Source of the DNA: an uncultured bacterium | Lineage (GTDB): Bacteria > Desulfobacterota_D > UBA1144 > Nemesobacterales > UBA2774 | DNA: 64,000 nucleotides | Reading direction: 5' to 3' | NCBI GenBank assembly: GCA_963825135.1 | Contig: CAWGRW010000009.1 | Span: 800,001 to 864,000 of the forward strand | Part shown: one piece after another, positions 41,508 to 50,817 of the stretch | How the letters are laid out: each line of letters starts with the position of its first letter | How positions within the stretch are numbered: position 1 is the stretch's first letter | Notes under the pieces: generated by a model | Databases searched by the model: none | Told to the model about the DNA's origin: nothing | What the model saw: the letters and a program-made list of their open reading frames with translations, nothing else | Translations under genes and position numbers: made by a program

Positions 41508-43049
41508 TCAGGGTTTTTCTTCGAACCTGGGAAATAGGCTCAAGCCCTTAACAACGGTCTGGCCGGGCTTGATCAAGTCCCTGTCGCTTGCGGACGTGAG
41601 CCTGAGAGAGGAGAACGGTTCCCGCGAGCCCATCCTCCGCCATATCTCCTCGGAGGACTCCGGCATGAATGGGGAAATGAGTATGGAGACCGCTCCGATC
41701 GAACGTGATATCGTAAAGAGCACGGTATCGAGTCTCTCCTCCTTCTTCTCCTTCGCAAGCGTCCACGGGGCCTCGTCATCGACGTATTTATTGACGAGCG
41801 CTATAAAATCCCAGACCGCGGCGAGGGCCTTATGAAACGCCGTCTCGCTCATCGCGCTCTCGACCTGCTCTATCGCCGTTAGCGCTCCGTCCAGTATAGA
41901 CTCCTCTTTGCCGCCGAGCGGACCCGGCGCGGGTATCTTCCCCCCCCTGTATCTCTCCACCATGCCGAGGGTACGGCTTACGAGATTCCCGAGACCGTTC
42001 GCGAGGTCCCCGTTTGCGCGGGTTATTATCGCGCTTTTTGAAAAGTCCCCGTCCTGACCGAACGGTATCTCTCTCAGGAGGAAATATCTGAATACATCGG
42101 CGCCGAACTCGTCCGCCATCTGATACGGATCCACTACGTTGCCGAGAGATTTCGACATCTTTTCCCCCTCCACAGTCCACCACCCGTGCGCGAATACCGT
42201 TTTCGGGAGGGGTATCCCGGCCGACATGAGGAACGCGGGCCAGAAGACTGCGTGGAAGCGGAGAATGTCCTTTCCGACGAGGTGGACGTCGGCCGGCCAG
42301 ATTTTGTCAAATTTATCAGGGTCATCAGGGAAGCCCGCACCCGTAATATAATTAGTCAGTGCGTCGAACCACACGTATACGACGTGCCTCGGATTCCCGG
42401 GCACGGGAATGCCCCAGTTAAATGTGGTGCGGCTGATGCTGAGGTCTTTTAGGCCCCCCTCCACAAAACGGGCGACCTCGTTCATCCTGTATCCGGGCTG
42501 GACGAACTCGGGGAATTTTCTGTAGTGCTCGAGAAGAGGCTCCTGATAACGGGAGAGCCTGAAAAAATAACTCTCCTCCTTTATCTTCTCTATCAAAGGC
42601 CGTTTCTCCTCGGGGAGCTCCATTATCTCTTCATACTGCGTTTCGGTAATGAACGCCTCGTTCCTGATGTCGTACCAGCCTTCGTAGTCGCTGAGGTATA
42701 TATCGCCCGCATCCTCGATCCTCCTGAAAATCTCCGTGACCGCCCTCGCATGGCGTTTTTCGGTAGTCCTGATAAAATCATCGTTCGTGATATTAAGGAC
42801 TTGAGAAAGGTTCTCGAACCTCTTGACGACGCGGTCCGCAAGCTCGATGGGTTCCTCACCGTGAGACTCGGCCGTGCGCTCTATCTTCTGGCCGTGCTCG
42901 TCCGTACCCGTGAGGAAATAAACCTCCTCTCCCCTGAGTCGCCTGTATCTCGCTATGGCGTCGGCGGCAATAGTCGTGTAGGCGTGGCCGATGTGCGGCA
43001 CGTCGTTGACGTAATAAATAGGCGTCGTAACATAAAAAGCTTTAGACAT
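41508..43049 (-). CDS. metG: Methionyl-tRNA synthetase (short form)
   Basis: HIGH, GTDEHG, YVWFDAL, KMSKS. Confidence 0.97.
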   Translation of the reverse strand: MSKAFYVTTPIYYVNDVPHIGHAYTTIAADAIARYRRLRGEEVYFLTGTDEHGQKIERTAESHGEEPIELADRVVKRFENLSQVLNITNDDFIRTTEKRHARAVTEIFRRIEDAGDIYLSDYEGWYDIRNEAFITETQYEEIMELPEEKRPLIEKIKEESYFFRLSRYQEPLLEHYRKFPEFVQPGYRMNEVARFVEGGLKDLSISRTTFNWGIPVPGNPRHVVYVWFDALTNYITGAGFPDDPDKFDKIWPADVHLVGKDILRFHAVFWPAFLMSAGIPLPKTVFAHGWWTVEGEKMSKSLGNVVDPYQMADEFGADVFRYFLLREIPFGQDGDFSKSAIITRANGDLANGLGNLVSRTLGMVERYRGGKIPAPGPLGGKEESILDGALTAIEQVESAMSETAFHKALAAVWDFIALVNKYVDDEAPWTLAKEKKEERLDTVLFTISRSIGAVSILISPFMPESSEEIWRRMGSREPFSSLRLTSASDRDLIKPGQTVVKGLSLFPRFEEKP

Positions 43050-43127
43050 TTTAACAAGGCCTCCCTACTCCGCCCGCGCAGCAGCGAGAAACTTCTCTCA
43101 CGCGGGCGCGTAATGGCGGCGTGTAAA

Positions 43128-44135
43128 TCAATTCATGTCCATACCGGCGGCTAATTTCAAAAAAAGGGTCTCCAGCACGAGCTTCGTATTCGCATTCGCC
43201 CGGGCGATATCGTGCCAGGCTCTCTCCACGTACCGCTCCATCTCGAGCAAATCGTTCATATCGCATGCCCTGGCTGTCTTTTTTATCGATTCGCTAAAGT
43301 CGGCATTCGTAAAGCTGTCGGAGCCCGTCCTCGCGAGAACGAGGTCGCGGAGCCAGAGCAATAAGAACCTGAAACCGAGTTCGAGCCTGTCTGTTTCGTC
43401 CGGGGACGCGCCCGATGAAAGATGCTCGGAAAGGCCTGAAATATCCGAGGCCGAATTCTTTCGTATCCTGCCGAGCCTCGAAAGAAGCTCCGTTCTCCAC
43501 TCCATAATATCCTTGTCGAGCCCGAGCGCCTTCCCGATGCTCCCGCCCGAAAGACCCGCAGAAAGCAGAGCATCTTCGGGAGAGAGCCCGTTGCGGTCTC
43601 TCAGCAATTGGGCGATGTGTCCCTCCGGCAATGCGCCGAACTCGACTACCCGGCACCTCGATCTCAGGGTGGGAAGGAGCGAGTCGGACCGGGACGACAA
43701 GAGAATTATGAGCGAGTCGGGAGGCGGCTCTTCGAGGGTCTTCAGAAATGCGTTCTGGGCATTGTGGTTCATCCTTTCGCACTCATCGACTATTACGATC
43801 TTGAACCTGCCTTCGAAGGGCCTCAAGTAGAGCCTTTCTTCGATCTCGTCACGGATCTGATCGACCTTGATATTTTTTACGCCCGTAAATTCGACAAGCG
43901 CCACGTCCGGATGGATCCCCTTGTCTATCTTCCTGCAGGACGGGCATTCGCACCGGTTACCGGTCTCCCGAAGGGCTTCCCCGCAGTTGAGGAGCTTGGC
44001 GAATTCTATCGCAACCATCTTCTTGCCGATCCCGTCCGGGCCTGTAAAGAGGTAGGAATGCGACGCGACGTTCTCACGCGCGGCGCGGAGGAGAATATTT
44101 TTTTGAAAATCGTGGCCTATGATGCCTTCAAACAT
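43128..44135 (-). CDS. holB: DNA polymerase III delta' subunit
   Basis: GPDGIGK, Cys cluster, HPD, NAFLKTLEEPP, SRC; follows tmk. Confidence 0.92.
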   Translation of the reverse strand: MFEGIIGHDFQKNILLRAARENVASHSYLFTGPDGIGKKMVAIEFAKLLNCGEALRETGNRCECPSCRKIDKGIHPDVALVEFTGVKNIKVDQIRDEIEERLYLRPFEGRFKIVIVDECERMNHNAQNAFLKTLEEPPPDSLIILLSSRSDSLLPTLRSRCRVVEFGALPEGHIAQLLRDRNGLSPEDALLSAGLSGGSIGKALGLDKDIMEWRTELLSRLGRIRKNSASDISGLSEHLSSGASPDETDRLELGFRFLLLWLRDLVLARTGSDSFTNADFSESIKKTARACDMNDLLEMERYVERAWHDIARANANTKLVLETLFLKLAAGMDMN

Positions 44136-44182
44136 TTCCCGGGATTTCTCCTGGCACAGAAATTTTACGGCCGATTATTCTC

Positions 44183-44797
44183 TCAGGAAGAAAGACGCTC
44201 CATCACGAGCGATCTTATTTCCGCTTCTATAATCGGGATATCTCTATCAGCGTTTATGTTTTTAATCCTTTCGGGCTCCCTGCGCGCAACGAGCATGTAT
44301 CCCTGCCTTATCATCTCGTGGAATTCGAGGGGCTCCTCATCCATTTTCGTAATCGACCCCCGTTCCTTTAGCCTTGCCAATCCCTCCCTCACCGGGAGGT
44401 TGAGAAGGAACGTGAGATCGGGAGCAGTATCGAGCGCAGAGGCCTTCGCGGCCTTGTTGACGAGTCTCATATCGAGCTTCCTGCCGTAGCCCTGATAAAC
44501 GATCGTGGAATCGTAGAACCTGTCGCATATCACGATTTCACCGTCCTTCAGCCTGGGCTCTATAAAGTCCTTTACGTGCTGGGCCCTGTCTGCGCAAAAA
44601 AGGAAAAGCTCCGCCATGGGAGCCAGCACGAGGTCCCTCTCCTCCAGAATTATCGTCCGTATGAGGTTCCCGAGCTGTCCCCACCCCGGCTCCCGGGTCA
44701 GGGTGACTTTGTATCCCTTTTCGGATAGAAAGTCCTTCAGGAGATTAGCCTGCGTGGATTTACCGCTGCCTTCTATTCCTTCGAATGTAATGAGCAT
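44183..44797 (-). CDS. tmk: Thymidylate kinase
   Basis: ITFEGIEGSGKSTQ, REPG, CDRFYDS. Confidence 0.96.
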   Translation of the reverse strand: MLITFEGIEGSGKSTQANLLKDFLSEKGYKVTLTREPGWGQLGNLIRTIILEERDLVLAPMAELFLFCADRAQHVKDFIEPRLKDGEIVICDRFYDSTIVYQGYGRKLDMRLVNKAAKASALDTAPDLTFLLNLPVREGLARLKERGSITKMDEEPLEFHEMIRQGYMLVARREPERIKNINADRDIPIIEAEIRSLVMERLSS

Positions 44798-44924
44798 AGA
44801 TCGGATCTTTCCTTGAGGATGAGGGAATCGGGGGCATGGGGCGCCGAAATGCCCGTCAACCGGCATTAAACTCTAATTCACCGCAGAATCCTACCATAAT
44901 ATTGTAAATTGATACAGGCCCCGC

Positions 44925-45653
44925 TCAGCTCCCCTTGTCGAGGGCCCGGTCTAGCATTTTAACCTCGGAGGCGGTAAGGTCCCTCCATGCGCCCCTTTGC
45001 AGGCTGCCAAGCTTGACAGGGCCCACCGACATCCTGGTCAGTTGCAGGACGGGATGGCCGAATTTCGCGAAAAACCTCTTTACAAGGTGGTTCCTGCCCT
45101 CGTGGAAGGAAAGCTCGACCGTAGTCGATACCCCGTCATTCTTGACCAGATTTATCCAGTCGGGCTTTGCGGGACCGTCTTCGAGCTCTGTGCCGGCCTT
45201 CATCCGCAAATAGGCGTCGTTGCCGATAGCGCCCTTTACCCTTGCCCTGTAAACCTTGGGAAGCTCGTAACTCGGGTGGAGCACTTTGTTGGCAAGCTCC
45301 CCATCGTTCGTGAGTATGATCAGCCCCTCGGCGTCGTAGTCGAGTCTCCCCACTGGGAACACCCTCTCGGGTATGCCCTTAATAAGCTCCTCTATAGTTT
45401 TCTTCTTGTCCTGCCCCTCGCCGAGCGCCGTTATATAAAGCTTCGGCTTATACAGGATTACGTATCTCTTCAGCTCAGGGGCGAGCACAGTCCCCAACGC
45501 CTCGATCCTGTCCGTCTCCGTATCGATGTTGCGCCCGAGCTCCCTCACGACCCTCCCGTTTATCTTCACTCCCCCGCTCTCTATGAGCTCGTCCGCCTTT
45601 CTTCTCGAAGCGACCCCGCACATGGAGAGGTATCTGTTCAGTCTTACTATCAA
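44925..45653 (-). CDS. RsuA/RluB-family rRNA pseudouridine synthase
   Basis: S4 domain SRRKAD, VGRLD, EGRNH. Confidence 0.93.
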   Translation of the reverse strand: MIVRLNRYLSMCGVASRRKADELIESGGVKINGRVVRELGRNIDTETDRIEALGTVLAPELKRYVILYKPKLYITALGEGQDKKKTIEELIKGIPERVFPVGRLDYDAEGLIILTNDGELANKVLHPSYELPKVYRARVKGAIGNDAYLRMKAGTELEDGPAKPDWINLVKNDGVSTTVELSFHEGRNHLVKRFFAKFGHPVLQLTRMSVGPVKLGSLQRGAWRDLTASEVKMLDRALDKGS

Positions 45654-45685
45654 TCCTCTATCTCCTTAAAAATCCGCCGGTGACG

Positions 45686-46081
45686 TCAATTCGCGTAGAG
45701 GGCTTCCCTCTTGGCCCAGAGCGTCTTGCTTGTTCCCCTGAGCGTGAATTTCACGAAGCCCGAGCTTTTATCCATCATGGCCGCCTTTTCGTTCCCGTTG
45801 AGCTTAATGCAGCGCGCGTCGTCCGATACGATCTGCTCCGCGAGCTCAGTCTGCCCTTTCTCCGTAAATTGGTAGTATTTCTGAACATCGATTTTATTGT
45901 AACAGGCCGGATAACCCGCCTCCGTGAAACACTCCCTGTTCTGAAATTCACAGACGCTTTTCTCGGCGTGCGCATAATCGATGAAAATTAATACGGGGCT
46001 TATAAATATCATTGAAACAAGAAACCAGCCCGAAATATTCGTATAGACACAACTCAGGATATTTTTAATACCTATCGTCAT
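45686..46081 (-). CDS. Hypothetical secreted protein with four mature-region Cys
   Basis: Signal peptide ending AHA; AGGAGG RBS. Confidence 0.65.
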   Translation of the reverse strand: MTIGIKNILSCVYTNISGWFLVSMIFISPVLIFIDYAHAEKSVCEFQNRECFTEAGYPACYNKIDVQKYYQFTEKGQTELAEQIVSDDARCIKLNGNEKAAMMDKSSGFVKFTLRGTSKTLWAKREALYAN

Positions 46082-46126
46082 TTAGATTCCTCCTTTTACC
46101 AACTTCACTGCGGCCAATGACCGGTT

Positions 46127-46948
46127 CTATTGTTTCCGCCCCATGTTCTGCTGCGCATACCCCGCCGGCGGCTCCATATCGGACGCGTCGATGTTGCCCT
46201 TCGCCGAAGACGCGAATTTAGATTCGGCTTCGACCTTTCCCTCATCGTATTCGATAGTCTCGACCGGGAAACCGTTCAGCTGTCTCAGCTGGTTAAATAC
46301 GTTCCTTTCGAACTGGACCCGCTCGCCGATAAAGCTCCCCCCTTTCGAGAAGGATTTAGCCATCTGGTCCATAAAATCCGCCATGCGGAGCATAACGGTC
46401 ATCATTTCATTCCCGCCTTCTATACTGTTCCAGCTCGCGACGCAGTGCTGTCTAACCTTATCGTTCCCCTTGAAGACGTCGTATTTTGTGCACGAAATGC
46501 CGTTCACCTTGGCCTCTCCCGCTTTCTTTAAAACAGGCTCGACATACTGGCCTCCGTCAGCGCCCGGCATCCTCTGCTTCATCATCTCTTTCATTTTTTC
46601 CCTCTGGTCGGGCGGCATATCTTTCATGGCCTCCTCCATCTGGCTCATCGCCTGCTGGAGCTGCGCGGCTAAGGAGTTTATCGCCGCCTCGTCCATTATG
46701 ATATACGTCTTGTCGGTGTGGTTTATCATTATGACTTCATTCTTGTCGCCCCGGAATATCATGGAGCCCTCGAGCTCAGTCCCGTTCTTATAAAAATCCA
46801 TACGCAGATTGTTGTCCTTTACCTTCCCCTTGATCTGACCGACCGATTCGGGACTGACTTCTTTCTGATCCATCACGAAAAGTACGTCCGCGTAAGAGAA
46901 GCAGGCGAAGAATGTAGCAAATAAAAATAACGCCGTCGCTTTTAGCAT
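46127..46948 (-). CDS. DUF4412-like secreted protein
   Basis: Signal peptide; MRMD-like strand, VNGISCTKY, GFPV, PPAGY. Confidence 0.75.
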   Translation of the reverse strand: MLKATALFLFATFFACFSYADVLFVMDQKEVSPESVGQIKGKVKDNNLRMDFYKNGTELEGSMIFRGDKNEVIMINHTDKTYIIMDEAAINSLAAQLQQAMSQMEEAMKDMPPDQREKMKEMMKQRMPGADGGQYVEPVLKKAGEAKVNGISCTKYDVFKGNDKVRQHCVASWNSIEGGNEMMTVMLRMADFMDQMAKSFSKGGSFIGERVQFERNVFNQLRQLNGFPVETIEYDEGKVEAESKFASSAKGNIDASDMEPPAGYAQQNMGRKQ

Positions 46949-47085
46949 TGCCGCCCTCCATGCAAATTTGAGTTAATTCTAACATATCGGGCCTTACATT
47001 CATCCAGCCCGGGAGCTGCAGGTATTTAACCGTTTTCGGCCTCAAATATTCTTGACAATTCTCCAGTACAACTTAACCTAATGCA

Positions 47086-47442
47086 GTGCTCAGCGGTTAT
47101 ATCCCAATATTAATAATAATAATACTTGCGATAGCTCTGGCGGCCGCGATGCTGGGGTTGTCGGCGGCGCTCGGCCCGAGGCGAGATTCCGCGAGGAAAT
47201 TATCCCCTTATGAATCGGGCATACCCCCTACGGGAGATACGCGCGGCAAGTTTTCGATAAAATACTATCTGGTCGGCGCATTATTTATTCTTTTCGACGT
47301 GGAGGCCGTATTCCTCTTCGCATGGGCGGTGGTCTTTAAGGACCTGGGCTTACTGGCGTTTATAGAAATAATCGTATTTCTTTTGGTGCTGCTGGGCGGT
47401 TACTTTTATGTCGTTAAAAAAGGAGCTCTCGAATGGGAGTAA
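47086..47442 (+). CDS. nuoA: NADH-quinone oxidoreductase subunit A
   Basis: PYESG, FDVE, KGALEWE. Confidence 0.96.
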   Translation: MLSGYIPILIIIILAIALAAAMLGLSAALGPRRDSARKLSPYESGIPPTGDTRGKFSIKYYLVGALFILFDVEAVFLFAWAVVFKDLGLLAFIEIIVFLLVLLGGYFYVVKKGALEWE

Positions 47443-47918
47443 ATGCGAATTCGCTCCTGGGCGGCGACGGATTTATCACAACCTCGATAGAGGCGTTCGC
47501 CAACTGGGGCAGAAAAAACAGTCTCTGGCCCATGCCTTTCGGTACGGCCTGCTGCGCAATTGAAATGATGGGCGTATTCGCTTCGAGGTTCGATCTTTCG
47601 AGGTTCGGGGCGGAGGTCGCTCGCTTCTCGCCGAGACAGGCGGACCTGATGATCGTATCGGGAACCATAACCTACAAAATGGCCTCCGTTTGCAGGAGGA
47701 TATACGATCAGATGCCGGAGCCCAAGTGGGTTATAGCGATGGGGTCATGTACCTGCGGCGGCGGCCCCTTCGACAGTTATGCCGTAGTCCAGGGGATCGA
47801 CGAATTCCTCCCCGTGGACGTGTACATAGGAGGATGCCCGCCTAGGCCCGAAGCTATTATCGACGCCGTTATGAAGATACAGAAGAAGATAGACCTGGAA
47901 GGGGCCCCTCTGGTATGA
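47433..47918 (+). CDS. nuoB: NADH-quinone oxidoreductase subunit B
   Basis: [21 protein letters not shown]. Confidence 0.97.
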   Translation: MGVNANSLLGGDGFITTSIEAFANWGRKNSLWPMPFGTACCAIEMMGVFASRFDLSRFGAEVARFSPRQADLMIVSGTITYKMASVCRRIYDQMPEPKWVIAMGSCTCGGGPFDSYAVVQGIDEFLPVDVYIGGCPPRPEAIIDAVMKIQKKIDLEGAPLV

Positions 47919-48433
47919 GTTTCGATTTCGACTCGCTGATAGAAGCCGTTAATTCCGCACATCCCGGGGCTGTAAAAGAAAGGATCGAGTACAGAGGGGA
48001 AACGACCCTCATTATCGAGAAGGAAAGAATCTCCGACGTATGCGGACGCCTTAAAGACTCGTTCGGCTTTACATTCCTGGCCGACCTTACGGCCGTTGAC
48101 TACCTCCAGATCAGGACGCCCCGCTTCGAGGTCGTGTATCACGTCCACAGGTTCGGCCCCGATATAGACGAGAACGTCAGGATAAGGCTCAAGGCCGAAG
48201 TTGACGGGGACGATGCGAAGATAGCCTCAGTAACGCATATCTGGATCGGAGCCGACTGGCTCGAAAGGGAGGTCTACGATATGTTCGGGATCGTATTCAC
48301 CGGCCACCCCGACTTGAGAAGGATACTGATGCCGGAGGACTACGAACCCTTCCCTCTCAGAAAGGACTTCGACGTAAGGGACCGGGAGGCATCCAAGCGG
48401 TCATTCGAAAGGGCGCTCGGAGAAGGCGAATAA
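47915..48433 (+). CDS. nuoC: NADH-quinone oxidoreductase subunit C
   Basis: [26 protein letters not shown]. Confidence 0.96.
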   Translation: MSFDFDSLIEAVNSAHPGAVKERIEYRGETTLIIEKERISDVCGRLKDSFGFTFLADLTAVDYLQIRTPRFEVVYHVHRFGPDIDENVRIRLKAEVDGDDAKIASVTHIWIGADWLEREVYDMFGIVFTGHPDLRRILMPEDYEPFPLRKDFDVRDREASKRSFERALGEGE

Positions 48434-49662
48434 TGGAAAGAGTGGAATTCATAAGCCAGGAAGCGGATTTTAACGCCGATACCGGCATAAGGACGGAGAC
48501 CATGATCCTGAACATGGGTCCCCAGCACCCGGCCACCCACGGCGTCCTGCGCGTAGTCCTGTATCTCGACGGCGAGACCGTGGTGAAGGCGGTGCCCTAT
48601 ATCGGCTACCTCCACCGGGGGATAGAGAAGCTCTGCGAGCATATAACTTATCAGCAGTGCCTGCCGTATACGGATAGGATGGATTACCTGGCCTCCATCT
48701 GCAACAACATAGGTTATATACTGACAGTCGAAAAGCTGCTCGGAATCCAGGACGCGATTCCCGAGAGGGCGAAAACAGCCGAGGTCATACTGTTCGAGCT
48801 CGGCAGGATCGAGTCCCATCTCGTCGGAATAGGCACGAACGCTCTGGACTTGGGCGCGATGAGCGCGTTCCTCTACTGCTTTAAGGAAAGGGAGAGGATT
48901 TACGATATACTCGAGACCGTATGCGGGGCGAGGCTCACTACTTCCTATCCGAGGGTCGGCGGACTGCCGCTCGACCTGCCGGACGATTTCGAGGAGAAGG
49001 TAAGGAATTTCCTCAAGGTGTTTCCCGGGACTCTCAAGGAAGTCGATAACCTCCTGACGAGAAACAGGATATGGATCGACAGGACGAAAGGCATCGCTAC
49101 AATCAGCGCTGAGGACGCGATAGACCTCGGGCTCACGGGCCCTGCCCTCAGGGGGAGCGGCGTACCCTACGATGTGAGAAAGGCCATGCCTTATCTCGGA
49201 TACGAGAACTACGATTTCGAGGTCCCGGTCGCGAATGAAGGAGACGCGTATTCCAGGTTCCTCTGCAGGATGGAAGAGATGCGCCAGAGCCTCAGGATCA
49301 TAGAGCAGGGGATAAATAACCTGCCCGACGGCCCTTACGCGGCGGACTTGCCCGACGTCGTGCTGCCCGAAAAAGAGCTCACGTACACCAGAATGGAGTC
49401 CCTTATCAGGCACTTCGTCCTTGTTTATGAAGGGTTTAAGCCCCCGGCGGGCGAGGTCCAGCACGCGGTTGAGAACCCGAAGGGCGAGCTCTCATATTAC
49501 CTCGTGAGCGACGGCTCGGGGAAACCATACAGGATGCGGGTCAGGGGACCGTCTTTCGTCAACATGCAGGCCCTCCCGAATATGGTCAAGGGGAGTCTCC
49601 TGGCCGACGTTATCGCGGCGATAGGGAGCCTCGACATAGTGCTCGGCGAGATAGACAGGTAA
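48433..49662 (+). CDS. nuoD: NADH-quinone oxidoreductase subunit D
   Basis: GPQHPATHGVLR, GYLHRG, DIVLGEIDR. Confidence 0.97.
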   Translation: MERVEFISQEADFNADTGIRTETMILNMGPQHPATHGVLRVVLYLDGETVVKAVPYIGYLHRGIEKLCEHITYQQCLPYTDRMDYLASICNNIGYILTVEKLLGIQDAIPERAKTAEVILFELGRIESHLVGIGTNALDLGAMSAFLYCFKERERIYDILETVCGARLTTSYPRVGGLPLDLPDDFEEKVRNFLKVFPGTLKEVDNLLTRNRIWIDRTKGIATISAEDAIDLGLTGPALRGSGVPYDVRKAMPYLGYENYDFEVPVANEGDAYSRFLCRMEEMRQSLRIIEQGINNLPDGPYAADLPDVVLPEKELTYTRMESLIRHFVLVYEGFKPPAGEVQHAVENPKGELSYYLVSDGSGKPYRMRVRGPSFVNMQALPNMVKGSLLADVIAAIGSLDIVLGEIDR

Positions 49663-49786
49663 ACCCGGTTAATTCAGCCTTATTAATTCCTCATGCGGGA
49701 CAAACGCATTCAAAAACTAAAACGAAATCATTCGTCCCGGTTCCGGCTTCGCATGATTAAAATGTGTGTTTAACACGGCAGAAATT

Positions 49787-50116
49787 TTATAGAGACGACC
49801 AGCATTTTGTGGCGAGCGGATTGAAGTCGCCGTTATGGACATGGACGCAGAGGCTCTGTCCCAGGTCCGTCTGCGCAAGTAATATGACCTTATCCGCTAC
49901 AGCCTGGGCGTTTGACTGGTTCACGCCGTCGGCGTAGACCCAAAGATCGAGGGGCGACTGCCAGGAGGCCTGTATGACGTCCGGGAGCGATTTTACTTCC
50001 TCAGCGAAATTCTGCTGTACCTCCGTGGGGCTGAAACCCTGGTCCTGGGAATAAGCGAGTACATTAATCAAAACAACCATAGCCGCAATAGAAAAAGAAG
50101 TAAGCAATCTTTTCAT
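49787..50116 (-). CDS. Hypothetical secreted protein
   Basis: Signal peptide, two Cys; GGAGG RBS; follows lolA. Confidence 0.65.
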   Translation of the reverse strand: MKRLLTSFSIAAMVVLINVLAYSQDQGFSPTEVQQNFAEEVKSLPDVIQASWQSPLDLWVYADGVNQSNAQAVADKVILLAQTDLGQSLCVHVHNGDFNPLATKCWSSL

Positions 50117-50139
50117 AGAGAATCCTCCATTCCGGCTTC

Positions 50140-50817
50140 TTATTGCCCGGCGGCCGACGCCGGCGGTTTTATTATCTCGACCCCGCTCGGCACCTCGAAA
50201 TTAAATAAAGAATCCGAAACCCCTTTATCAATCTCTACGTTCTTCAATAGGACCTTCGTCAAATTTCCGAATGGGTCGTAAAGGTAAAGCGTGTTAACCA
50301 TCATATTACTCTTGCTGATGGACAGGGTCACTTTATTGTAATCTTCCCCTTCGGTCTTCGGCCTGAGGTCTATGAGGTAGCTCCCGTTTGCCTCGAATTC
50401 CTTGGATTCCGAGAAGCTCGTTTTGTATAGCTCCTTTAATTTTCCTAAGCCCGAGAGGAGGGTCGAGGTAGTTTCCGTATCGGAGACCTTGCTCAGAGGT
50501 GACTCTATCACCTGATTCTCCTCTTCGTTATAAAACCAGAGCGTACGCCCGTCGGAAACTATTTCATCCTTGTAAGGCTCATAATAATTCCACCTCATCT
50601 TGCCGGGCTTCTTAAACCATACCTCGCCGTCCGATTTCTGCACCGTGTTCAAGGCCTTAACTGTCGCCTCCTGAGTGAAATCCGCATGAAAATCCTCTAT
50701 CTCTTCGTACTTTTTCTGTATCTTGTCGACCACTACGTCGATGTTCTCACCCTGCCCCGGGAACCCCGCCGTCGAAGTAAATAATAACCCCAAAACCACC
50801 AAAATGAGTTTTTTCAA
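50140..50817 (-). CDS. lolA: Outer-membrane lipoprotein carrier
   Basis: ADFTQ, KKPGKMRWNY, VSDG; ftsK-lolA synteny. Confidence 0.88.
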   Translation of the reverse strand: MKKLILVVLGLLFTSTAGFPGQGENIDVVVDKIQKKYEEIEDFHADFTQEATVKALNTVQKSDGEVWFKKPGKMRWNYYEPYKDEIVSDGRTLWFYNEEENQVIESPLSKVSDTETTSTLLSGLGKLKELYKTSFSESKEFEANGSYLIDLRPKTEGEDYNKVTLSISKSNMMVNTLYLYDPFGNLTKVLLKNVEIDKGVSDSLFNFEVPSGVEIIKPPASAAGQ